DNA of 64,000 bases, taken from NCBI GenBank assembly GCA_013239625.1, contig MU054338.1, positions 1,180,001 to 1,244,000 of the forward strand, written 5' to 3'. The stretch comes from Lama guanicoe. Its lineage: Eukaryota. The notes under the pieces were generated by a model that searched no databases, had not been told where the DNA came from, and saw only the letters and a program-made list of their open reading frames with translations. The position numbers and the translations under genes were made by a program. Positions 1 through 10,965 of this stretch are shown here, piece by piece (position 1 is the stretch's first letter; every line of letters starts with the position of its first letter).

Positions 1-2907
1 GGCACTGCTGGTGTCTGGCCGGGACCGTCACATCTGATGGGGACCCTGCTGTTGTCTTCCAGGCAGGGGGTCAAGGAAAGGGACCTGGTGGTGTGGGAGG
101 GCCCCTCCTCCGGTGGCTCCGCATCCACCTCTCCCTCCCCATGCAGGAGCTTTGGAGAGCCTGTGCTGGGTGACCCCCAAGTCCTCATCCTGTAGAAGCG
201 GAAGTGAGGCCTGAGTGACCTCCAGTAGGAGGCCCTGGGCTCTGACGAGGCCAGCTACATACCTATGCTCCTGGGAACCTCCGTGCCCCCTGGGCGCCAC
301 CAGGCTCCTCTGGACCCGGAAGGGGCTGTGGGCTCCTGTCTCCTCCCGTCTCCTGGGCCCCTCTCCCTCCTGCCCCGTCTCCCACGTGAGCTTTGGGTCC
401 AGGCTGCGCTGGCACTGGCCCTGCGGTGTGGGGGTCCACAGGAGGGTTGGTGGGACTCTCAGAGAGGTCAGTTGGTGGTGGCACGTCTTTTGCTTGCTGG
501 GAACCCCACGTGTGCCCCTGTACACAGGACGGTGCCTGGATCTGGGCCCCCTGCTACCACACGGCCCTTCCTATGAGTTCCTTTCAGCCAGTGTCAGAAG
601 TTGGGTTACCTGGTGCAACAGACCCTTGATGGATGTTCTGCCCTTGGCTTCTGTCTGTGTAAATCTCAACGCGGGGGTGAGTTCCTCACTGCGCCTTGGG
701 AGACGGAAGCCCACAGACCGTGTAGGGTGCGAGGAGGTTCCCAGTGAGTGAAGGGGCTGGGGGTCTGCTTGGGCCTGGCTGGCAGGTGGCACCCCTGTAG
801 AGCCTGCAGGGTGGGACTCCTCTCCCGCCAGCAGGAGGGGTGGAGAACTGCCTGGAGTCCTCTTGCTGGCTCAGAGCCTCCCCTGCCGGCCGTGGGCAGG
901 GGACCCAGATGCCTGATCCAGTCCCAGGTCACTCCGGGTCCCGGTGGGGTTGCTGTTGGTAAACATAGATGCCTGTTGTTACGTGTTTTGACTTCACGTG
1001 GATCTGTGATGCATCTTAAGAGTCTTAGAAAGCTGTGCTTGAAGCTAACGCCTCCGTTGTCTGGACTCCCCCACCACCCCGAGTGAGGCGCAGCCCCGCC
1101 CTGGGGTGACTCCCCAGCCCAGAGGCCAGGCTGCTCTTCCCACTGAGGATGTGGGACTCGCAGCTTCCCTAGGACCCCGTTTCAGAGTAACCCCGCAGTG
1201 GGGAGCACTGGTGGTTCTCCCCCAGGACTGTGCCCATCATGGAGTCTCTGCTCGTTGTGGTCCCAAGGCCATGCTGGTGGGTGCATGTCAGGGCTCCACT
1301 GGGTGTCCAATAGGTGACCCAGCTGGAACCTCAGGGCAGCTGGGCAGGGAGTGGGCCGAGTGGAACTCCGGGGCCAGCCGGTGGCTCGGAGCCTGTCTAG
1401 AGGCCTGGGACCGTGGGGGCCATAGACCCCTCCCTCAGATCTGCTGCTGCCTGTGGAATCTTCCCGTGAGGGGCTGGGGGCATTTTAGTTTCCAGGATTC
1501 ACCTGCGTGCTTCAGGGATTAATAATTCCAGGCAGAGAATTCTGGAAAGTCCAGGGGCTTTGGGGAGAGATGGGGGCGGTGCCTGGGGCGCGGATACCTG
1601 AGGCATCCTTCCTCACTGCTTCTAGAAATGGCCTTGGGTGTAATTCTGTCTTTACGGAAACACTACCGCGCGCTGTGCCAGGCCGTGCTGCGTCTTGGGG
1701 GGCATCTGCAGAGCCGGGCTGGCTGCGCAGCCACCCCTGGGGGAGTTGGGCACAAGCAGGGGACCCCTTGGCCTGCCCACCCCAGTCCTGGCCACTGCCT
1801 TTCCCCTGCAGCTGTAGCTGCGGGTCTGGCAGCACTCACGTTAGGGTCCAGACCCAGGCTCTCCCCTTGGCGCTGTGGGCATTGGTGCCAGGTTGTTCTC
1901 TGGAGCAGCCCCAGTTGTGACAACCACCGATGTCCCAGACCTTGCCCAGTGTTCGCCCCGGGTGAGCCCCCTCTCACCCAGATTTCCCACCCATGTGGGT
2001 GCAGTAGGGGCGTGCAAGCACCCATTTCAGGGGCTCCCTGAGCACGTCTCTGGGCCTCCAGGCTGGCCTTTGCCCCTGTCCCACCCTGGGAGCTGGAGGG
2101 CTGTGGAAGCAAGTGGGGAGGGAACACGGCTCATCTGGACCCCAAGCTGCAGCGTCCGTGGTGGCCGGCTGAGATCCCCCCTGGGGCAGGGTCTCCCCCT
2201 GCTCACCCGACGACAACCCTCACTCCCCCTTTCTGGTTTCGCCCCGTCGTCCTCCAGGCTGCTGCCCGGGAAGTGGGGGCAACGCCTCTGCTGCCAGGCA
2301 GAGAGTGGGAGAGCCACTTTGGAGACCGGCTCCCTGGGGGTTGGGAGGGCAGAGGCGGACGCGCCGCTGTCCTCCCTCAAAGCGGGGCTCCAGCCTGGTC
2401 AGTCCCACGCACCTATGGCTGGGGCTCCTCGCCCAGGCGAGCTGCAGGGAATTCTTGGTGCCTCTCACACCCCAGCTTCAGCACCCCCGTCTGAAACAGT
2501 CACGACGGTCCCGGGCTCATGGGCGATGCCCAGGGTTTCGGAGCCGAGGTCTCTGTCTAGACCCCTGGCGGTGCTGTGGCCGGCCCTTGGCCCTGGGCCG
2601 ATGCGATGTGGGCCATCAGGGCGCTGCTGGTGCGCTAGTATGTGGTTAGAAGGCTGCAGGTGAGATTCGTTTCACCTTGTTTAACTTCTGTCCGAGGTAT
2701 GATTGTTTACACGCGTGGTCGGCGTCGGGGGTTACTGCTGGGGCAGTTCACTTCCTTTATGTGTGAGTATGTATTGTACACTCGTGGCTTATCATCGTTT
2801 GGAAAAAATTTCATTGGAAATATTTAATTTTAACAAATGGACTTGACTAGAAAAGTTTAGGGCCCTTGGGACTGTGAGTCCTGCCAGGAGGCTGTCAGCA
2901 CTGCTGT

Positions 2908-3100
2908 TAGGTGTGGCCAGATGTAGCTGATAAAAGTGGGAGGCCCAGCGAAATTTTAGTTTCAGACAAACCACCCAAAATTGCTTAGTATAAATGTGCC
3001 CCAAGTTCTGTGTGGTTCACAGGAAAGTTGTACTGAAAGTTCTTCGTTGCTTATCTGAAGTCCTGGGTGCCGTATATTTTTATCTCCGTCTGGCCACGCC
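2908..3100. mobile_element. MER53-like palindromic hAT MITE
   Basis: Inverted ends gtggccaga.../...tctggccac; tttcagacaaac vs gcttatctgaa. Confidence 0.65.
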
Positions 3101-3399
3101 AGGCTGGCTCGGGCGGGTTAGGGTGGAGGGCCGGCCTGCGAGGTGCGGAGTGGAACCCTCATGATGAAGCCCGGGGCCACTTGGGAGGCCGGAGTCAGCC
3201 CTTCCTCCTCTCTCCATCTTCTCACCGCTTTCTGCATCTTTTACTTCCTGTGGGCACACACCCCTCGACTCCTCTGAAATGTTTAAGGCCATGTCTGTCA
3301 CAGAAGCTGCTTAAACCCAGGCCGGGAGCTGGCGGCGTGGCTCTGGCAGCCACTGTGGGTGGGACTTTGATTCGCGCCGGTCAGAGGAGCCTCAGTCAC

Positions 3400-4040
3400 T
3401 GCGTCCTTTTAAACAGCGTTGTTGAAATACCACATGCCCCACTGTTTTTAGTTGAGATACAGTTCACAGACCAAAAAGCTGACTGAAGGAGCACACGCCA
3501 GTGACGTTTAGTGCATTCAGAGCTGTGCGACCATCACCAGGACCAGTTCCAGAGCGTCCTCGCCCCAAAAGAAGGCCCGTCCAGAACATTCTGTCACCCC
3601 AAAAGAAGCTCGTCCCCATCATCAGTCATCCCCCCACCCCCCCCCCAGCCGTGACAGCCAGGAGCCCCCTCCTTGGGTCTGGGGACTGGCCTGTTCTGGA
3701 CGCCTCACATCCACGGATCACACACTGTGTGTCCTTCTGTGTCTGCTTCTCTCCCTGAGCACCGTGCTCTCAGGGTCCGTCCACGTGGCAGCGAGGGTCA
3801 GGGCTGCTCTCCTGTTCACGGCCGAGCGATGCTCCTGTGTGTGGGGGGACACGTGTCTATTCACTCTTCGGTTGCCGGACATCAGGTTGTGTGTACCCTT
3901 TGGTTGTGAGTTGTGCTGCTGTGGACATGTTTCCTGTTCTCCTGGATGGACGCTGAGCAGTGGGGTTGCTGGGTCACGTGGTGACTCCGGGTTTGATTTG
4001 TGAGGAACCGCTTGCTGTTGTCCATGGCGGCCACACTGTT
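3400..4040 (-). mobile_element. L1MB-type LINE-1 3' end relic (GC-shifted)
   Basis: tttagtgcattcagagctgtgcgaccatcacc...ccagaacatt...; high similarity to the copies at 10.7 and 40.7 kb. Confidence 0.75.
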
Positions 4041-7000
4041 TCAAGAGGACCCACCACGGCTGAAGGCCCTGTTTCTCTGCATCCTTGCTGACTCATTCTC
4101 TGAGCTCTGTGTCCTGGCCTCTCCTAGAGTGGGGTCACCCTTTATTGTGGCATCTCTGCCTCCTCAGAGTCTGGGGACTCTGGCCAGTTTCTGGAAGATG
4201 GTCTTCCTGCTGCCCCATATTTTCTAGAACGCAGCCCCATGGAGCGTGTCCTGGAGATGCTGGTTCCTGCGTCAGATGCTGGGGCGGATCCTGCCCTTTG
4301 ACACCACTGGCAGCCAAATGGGCCTGTGGCCTTCGATCGTGACGCCCTTGGCTCCCTCGCCTGCTGTCCCCTGAGCAGGTGTGTCTGTGTCCCATGTCCT
4401 GGAGTGACGGGCAGGCCTCATGGGGCCAGGTGCCCCTGCCTCGTGAGGCCACAAAACCAGTGTCCTTTTGTCAGCCATTGTCAGTAGCGAGGGGTGATGT
4501 GCTCGATGAGGAAGAGGCACGTCACAGCATAGCATGCTGTGTGTTGCCGCTCAGGATCCGGGAAACGGCGCCGTCACACTGCAGCGAGGCCCTTCCGGAC
4601 ACCTGAGAGACAGGGGCATGCTTATAAGTGGGTTCTGACTGCACGTTGGACTTGCTTTCCGCTCGGGCGGGGAGGGAAACCATCCCAGGCTGCGCCCCCA
4701 GGGAATGGAGCCACTCTCCCCGGCCCTCTTACTGCTGCGGGCTGCACCTCCGCTGGCCACTCCAGCCAAGGTCAAGTCCACCACTGGGATTGGACAGGGA
4801 AGCTGGCTGGGCCGGGACCCTGGGGGTGACCCTCGATCTGCCCCTGTAAAACTGGGAAGATGGGCTTGCAGTGGCTTTAGGGGCCCTTTAATGCTCTCTC
4901 TCCTGTGTCTCTGTAGGGTTCAAGGCCGTGAGGCGTCCAGCCCCCCGCATCTGCTCACACTGCCTTTTGCCCTTGGAAGAGCCAGTGGGCCAGTTCCCCC
5001 CTCCCCGTGCGGTCCCTAGAGGGCAGGCCAGGCCCAGTCGCGGCAGAGTGCGGGGACACCCTGAGAGCCCCCTCCCCACTGCTTTTCCCACTATTTGTGA
5101 GTTCACAGGAGTTTGCACATGCTTACCAGGGAGAGGATGGGATTCAAGGTGCAGGAGAGGCGGAGGGCAGCCCTGAGCTGGGAGCCACCTGAGGCCTCCA
5201 CCCCTCCGGGCACACGCCACTGGGCTGCCCATCCGGATTCCTTTCTGTAGAAGTGCAGTTGCTGCCACACCAGCAGGGACTTCTCCCTCTCACCTGGCCC
5301 GAGAGCCCAGTTTGCCTCAGTGCAAGTGTCCCTGCCCCCGAGCTCAGGCCAGCGCCTGCTCCATCCCAGGTGGTCTGAGACGCGGCACGGTGTGGTCAGC
5401 AGTGGAGTGGGCTCCCAGAGGCCTTTGCTCCGCGCTCTGCCCCTTGTTCTCCTGCCATGGCCTTGGGGAGTGCGCTCGGTGGGGCAGACATGCTGCCTAC
5501 AGCAGTGAGCACTGTGGTGGAGGTCAGGGGCTGGGCTGGGTGACATCTGGGTAAGGACCAGAGCTGACGCTGAGTACTGAGGGAGAGGAGGTGCAAAGGT
5601 CCTGAGGCAGGAGCATGCCCACCAGCCAGCGTGTGGAGCAGAGTTAGGATGTCAGAGAGGAGGCTGCCACAGGCTGTCAGAGAGGTTTTTTGTTTTTTTC
5701 CTGTAATAGATTTTGTTTTAATTTTACAGAAAGGCAGTAAAGATAGTTCAGGGGGTTCCCGCATGCCCCACGACCAGTTCCCGTGGGTCACACCTCACCT
5801 GAGTGCTGGATGCATCCCCGCTGGTGAGCCAGTGTTGCTGCGTCACCATTACTCCGAGTCCACGCTTCCCCTGTGTCCTCTCTGCCCTGTGCCCGTGACA
5901 TTCAGGCCCCCTGAGCTGTGTGATTTCTCCATCCCCCTTCACGTGGGTTCCCCGGGCAGTTTGAGGAGCCTGAGCTGGGCGTGGACAATTGCTTGACTGG
6001 GCACCTGTGCTGAGCTGTGGGGCGAGGCCAGTGCTCTGGTGTGAGGGAAGGTCCTGGATCTGCTATGTCCAGGACAGTGTGCGCCAGCCCCTGGCACGGC
6101 TGACCCCCGCCCTGTGCCTGGTGCCGCGGAGTGCTCCTCTGTGTTTGCCTTCTCACCGGGGACACCCAGCTTGGACAGTGCCCACCCGGCCTGTGAGCCG
6201 GGGGCGGGATGGTCAGCTCCGCCTGTGCGGCAAGGCCTGTCCTGTCTCTGTGCCTCTAGTTGTCCCGTGTCACCTGTTGTCACGCAGGGTCTGTGTGTGG
6301 ACTGTCCGCCGTTCCTACGATTGGACGCCTCTGTCCCTCCTCGCCCCTCCCCAGACCCCCACTTTCCTTGTAGTTCTTCGCTGCATGGGTTTTCAGGCGA
6401 ACCTAAATGTGGGTAGAGCCTGTGGTCCAGCCACGAGGCGCACGCCCCCCCACCATGTCGGGGCAGCGCCTCTGAACACACCCTAGGCGTTGTGTCTGGG
6501 TGTCACTCCTCCCGCCTGGGGTGCTGGTGTCGGGAGCCTCGCCTCTCGTTTTGAGACCCTTTCGCATCTGTGGGAGCGCTGCAGGCAAAGTGCTCCAGGC
6601 CCCGGGTCCTCCTAAGCGCACCCGCATCATGTCTGGCCACTGTCCCCGCCTTTCCAGATGGGGCGCCGGGACCTCCAGGCCCGTCTCAGACCCGCTCCCT
6701 CCCCCGTGGGGTTTGGGTAGGAACTCCCCTGCACCGGGGCCTTCCCTCTGGTCACTAACAAGTGACCTAGGCCACCTCCTCGGCCCACTCGGCCCATGTT
6801 CGGGTGTCACCGGTGGTGCTTCCCTGGCAGCCTCTGCCAGCTAGGGTGCAGCACATCCACCCCTCCTGTTTATTCAGAGTTGCCTGTGCTGTAAATCACT
6901 TGTGGCTGCTTGCTTCATTTTCGTGCTGACCTCGTCCTGGGGGCCGGTCTCTGTATTAGGGCTGTTCCTCCCTCTCTGCTGTAACAGCACGCTGTGGTGA

Positions 7001-10000
7001 CCTCGAGCCTTTCGGCTGTAGCCCCAGGGCCGGCCTGTCTCTGGGTTCCTATTGGGGAGTGACACCAGGCGCTGGCACTTGGGGTGCTCGTGGCTGTTGG
7101 GGCACCATGCCCTGGCCTGGGCAACTCCAAGGAGGAGGTCCTGAGGGACAGAGTGGGGCTCAGCCTGAGGGAGGGATGCTCGTGTCCAGAGGTGCCTCCA
7201 AGGGGCTGGGCCTGGGGTCGCACCAGAGTGTAGCACCTCCGGTGGCGTCTGCCATGCGCAGTGGGGCCAAGAAGCCTGTGAAGGGCCTGCCCCAGGGAGG
7301 AGGCTGCCCACCTCTGTCCCAGACGTGCCCTGGTTCTGGGCTGGGGCTGTGCTCGTGACGTCAGCCGGGGACTGTGACATCACTGGGTGGAAATGGTCAG
7401 AGAAGGGGGTTCCTGGGGCCTCCACCTGGGGATCTGGCCCCTGGCCCTGACAAGATGGAGGACCCTCAAAAGAACATGGCAGGTAACTCAGCTGCACTGG
7501 GCACTGGTGGAGGCGCCTGGCCCTGCCCCAGCACTGGCCCTGCAGGACCTACGGCGTGTGGATACCAGCAGGCAGGCCACACCCGGGGCTGCCGGACACG
7601 GCCAGTGGTCGGCCACGGCCTGGGGCTCTGACGGGGGTAGGCCAGGGTTTGGCCGGACTGGGAGCCCTCCCAGTGTGGGATTTCAGTTGACCATGAGGGC
7701 CTGAGTGGAGCCTTCCCTGTGAGGCGGGGAGAGTCCTAGGTGCCCCTGGAGGACCTGGGGGCCATGTTGGTTGAGACTGGCTCTGTTTCGGGCGTGAGTG
7801 AAGGATTGGTGCCTTACCGCTCCTTGATTACTTTCACCTGCGGTGCCTGGGCCGGGGCTGGCAGACCCTCTGCTTCCCCGAGTCCACCCGCGTGTGCATC
7901 CACCTGGGTGTGCTGGGCTGGCACGGCGCATGGCAGACTCCCCTGCTCCAGGTGGACGTTTGACCCTGGTTTCAGCCCTGTCTTGGCACTCTGTTGCCCC
8001 TTCTCCCCGGGCCAGCATGTGACTCTCGTGTCACCCTCTCTCAGGTCTCATTGGGCTCAGGGCATCCCAGCGTGCCCTTTGTGGGGGTGGTAGGTGGCCC
8101 CCGGGGCGTTTGTGGGGTTGGCAGGGCTGGCATCCACAGGGTCAGGATCCAGGGCTCCTTACCTGCCTCCTGCTGCCCCAACTCCCTGTAGGCCGTGACC
8201 CTGGGTGAGCTGCAGTCCTGGCCTCTGACCACATGGGGCTGTGGATGGGGCCCCGAGGTGGGGTGCTCTACACCCCAGAACCTCTAGTTCTGGGCCTTGC
8301 TGCCATCTCTGTGCCCCCACTGGGACCCCCGTGCACTGCAGGGGGTGGGGCCCCACATAAACTGAGCCGTGTTGCCCCAGTGCTGCGTCCCCCCCAGCGT
8401 GGGCTGTGCCCAGGCCCACGGCTCACACGTGGGTTGGTTCCATCCTGTGCTCCGTCATGCCATCGCCTGCACAGGGGCCTCCTTGCCCCTCACCCTGCTG
8501 GCTACCGAAAGCATGTTTGTAACCTTGAGTCCTTGCTGGTTGGAAGTACCCCTGCTGGACAGTGTGACCAGGAGATCAGGGCCTGCTGAGGGGTGTGTGA
8601 CACCCTGGCTCTGTGACCCACCCTTGGTCAGGGCCCAGCTCACTGCTGACCAAGCCCCAAGTGCTTAGAGGATGCTCAAATACTCCAGGTGCTGCCGCCA
8701 CTGCCTTGGAGCAGGTTCTGCGGACGGGAGTGTTGTCAGCCCCTGGGCCTTCCATCCCGCAGGGGCTGGGAGTGGCGACCTGGCCCAGGGGCCTCAGAAC
8801 CAGCCCGAGGGCTTCATGGCCTTCAGAGGGCAGCTCCATTGGCTCAGAAGGGTTTGCGTCCTGGGTCACAAGGCCAGGCGAAGCTAGAGATGTTACCTCT
8901 ATAGATCAGGGTTGGGCCAAGAGCAGGTCCCACCTGGACCTGAAAGCAGGGGGTCACTGCCCAGAACAGAGGCCTGCCAGAGTGGGACATGGGGGTTTCG
9001 GGGGCTGCCACATGCCAACAACTGGGGAGGGGCTCCCGGGAAGGGCTGGTAGTTGGAATGCAGAGAGCTGGGTCCCCTGGAGGGGCTCCTTGCCTGTGCC
9101 CGACAACAGAATGGTGTTGGTGCCCCTGTTCTGTAAAAACTGCTTGCCCAGAGTGGGACCGAGACCTAAGTTTCTGCCTCCAGGGGCCACAGGGTACAGC
9201 AGGGGGGTGTGGGAGTGCAAGGTGCCTGCCCTCTGGCCACCGCCCAGCACCTCCACGTGCCCACCACGTCCGCATCTCTCAGACCAGGAGATCATGCCCC
9301 GATCTCCATGCCCTCCTCTCCCAGCACTGTTCCTGTGGTCAGTCTTCCTGGGGATCAGGCATTGGCTCAGGCATGATGGGAGGGGCCTCAAGCTCTACGG
9401 GAAGAACAGAGACCCTCCTGCCACTCCGGAAGCACTCTGCGCTGGGCCTGAAAGAAGGCCAGATCTATCTCTCTTCGCCCCCAGCATGTCCTGGCCTCAC
9501 CTGTGTGGCCTTCCGGACCTCCATGCAGTCCCTAAGGTGTTGGCTCAATGGGTGTCCTGGCTGCTTCCTGTGGTTCTGCAGCTTGCAGGCCAGGGGTGCC
9601 CGGAGTAGTGCCCGGGGCATCCTCAGGGTACAGGTGATAAAAAGGGACAGGGCAGGTGTCTCCATAGAATCCTTGAAATTCTCATGGGTTTGCTTTTCGA
9701 CTCTGATGCGCCTTTGTGTTTCAAATGTGCTTTTTGCATGTGTGCACATGTGTGTGTTTTTAATTACTTTCCTACAGGAAAGAAAGTCTGGCTGGAAACC
9801 ACCTCTGAGTGTGCGTTAGCGGATGGTGCATAGATTTGAGTGACCTCTCACTGTGGAATCCAGGAAGTTTTCAAAGGAACGAGGGTAACGTGTCCAGATG
9901 TGTCATCTGGGAACAGAAGGTGCCTGGCTGTGTGCAGGGCTCCAGATGGCGGACCCAGGGGGACAGGGCACCAGGAGCTGTGGCATCAGTTTCCTGTACT

Positions 10001-10429
10001 TTCAGAGTTTTTACCAAGTATAGGTGTTTCCTACGAAAATTCCTTGCCAGCTGGTTACTGTCCCAGGAGTGTCAGCCTCCTGCCCCTCTCCGGCTCCAGA
10101 ACCGAGTCATGTGCCCAGACTCCTGTGTGGTCCGGCATCTGGCCACTCTGAGCCTGGGCCCCACACGGGGCCCCTGTGAGACCCTCCTCCGAGGGCAGGC
10201 TGGTCCTGCGTCCCCACGAGGACCCTCGGCTCCCTCCCTCAGCCCGTCAACAGCCAGATGCCTTTCCTGTGGTCTTCCGCCATCATCACTGATTTCAGTG
10301 AGTCTGGCCTCCTCCCCTGTGTCTGGCACTGGCACGGAGGCTGGGCGCCATCTCAGCCCGGTGGGGGAGACGTGAGCCTGGAGGTACAGTAGGAGTCATC
10401 AGGGAAGCACCAGTGAGAACCACAGCGAG

Positions 10430-10965
10430 CTCTCACACCCTCAGGATGCTGTACGAAAGCCAGACAGTGAGCTGGGAGGTCTGGTGCAGAGTGCAGCCTG
10501 GGGATGGGGCAGCTGACTGGGGGCAGCCTTTAGTTGCGTTTCCTCTCGACCCAGTGGTGCCAGCCCTACATATGTGCCCAGGAGAAGCAAAGCACAGTCC
10601 TCAGATACCTGTACACAGACGTCCACAGCAGCTTAGAAGTGCTCACAACCCACGTGGATGAGTGTGTCCCTCCACTCACGGGAGTGTCACTCAGCCGTGA
10701 ACAGGAGAGCAGCCCTGACACCCGCTCCTGCGGGGCCAGACCCTGAGAGCACGGTGCTCAGGGAGAGAAGCAGACACAGGAGGACACACAGTGTGTGATT
10801 CTGTGGATGTGAGGCGTCCAGAACAGGCCAGTCCACAGACACAGGGAGGGGGCTCCTGGCTGTCAGGGGCTGGGGCGGGGGCAGGGTGACTGCAGATGGG
10901 GATGGGGCATCTTTTTGGGGTGATGAGAATGTCCTGAAACTAGAGGTGACAGTGGCTCAGCTCTA
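10430..10965 (+). mobile_element. L1MB-type LINE-1 3' end relic (GC-shifted)
   Basis: ggggtgatgagaatgtcctgaaactagagg and upstream L1 3' UTR motifs. Confidence 0.75.

Noticed and set aside
4220..4232. ttctagaa-type two-unit HSE fragments (also near 1620 and 41050)
   Set aside because: Fewer than three correctly spaced units; expected by chance.
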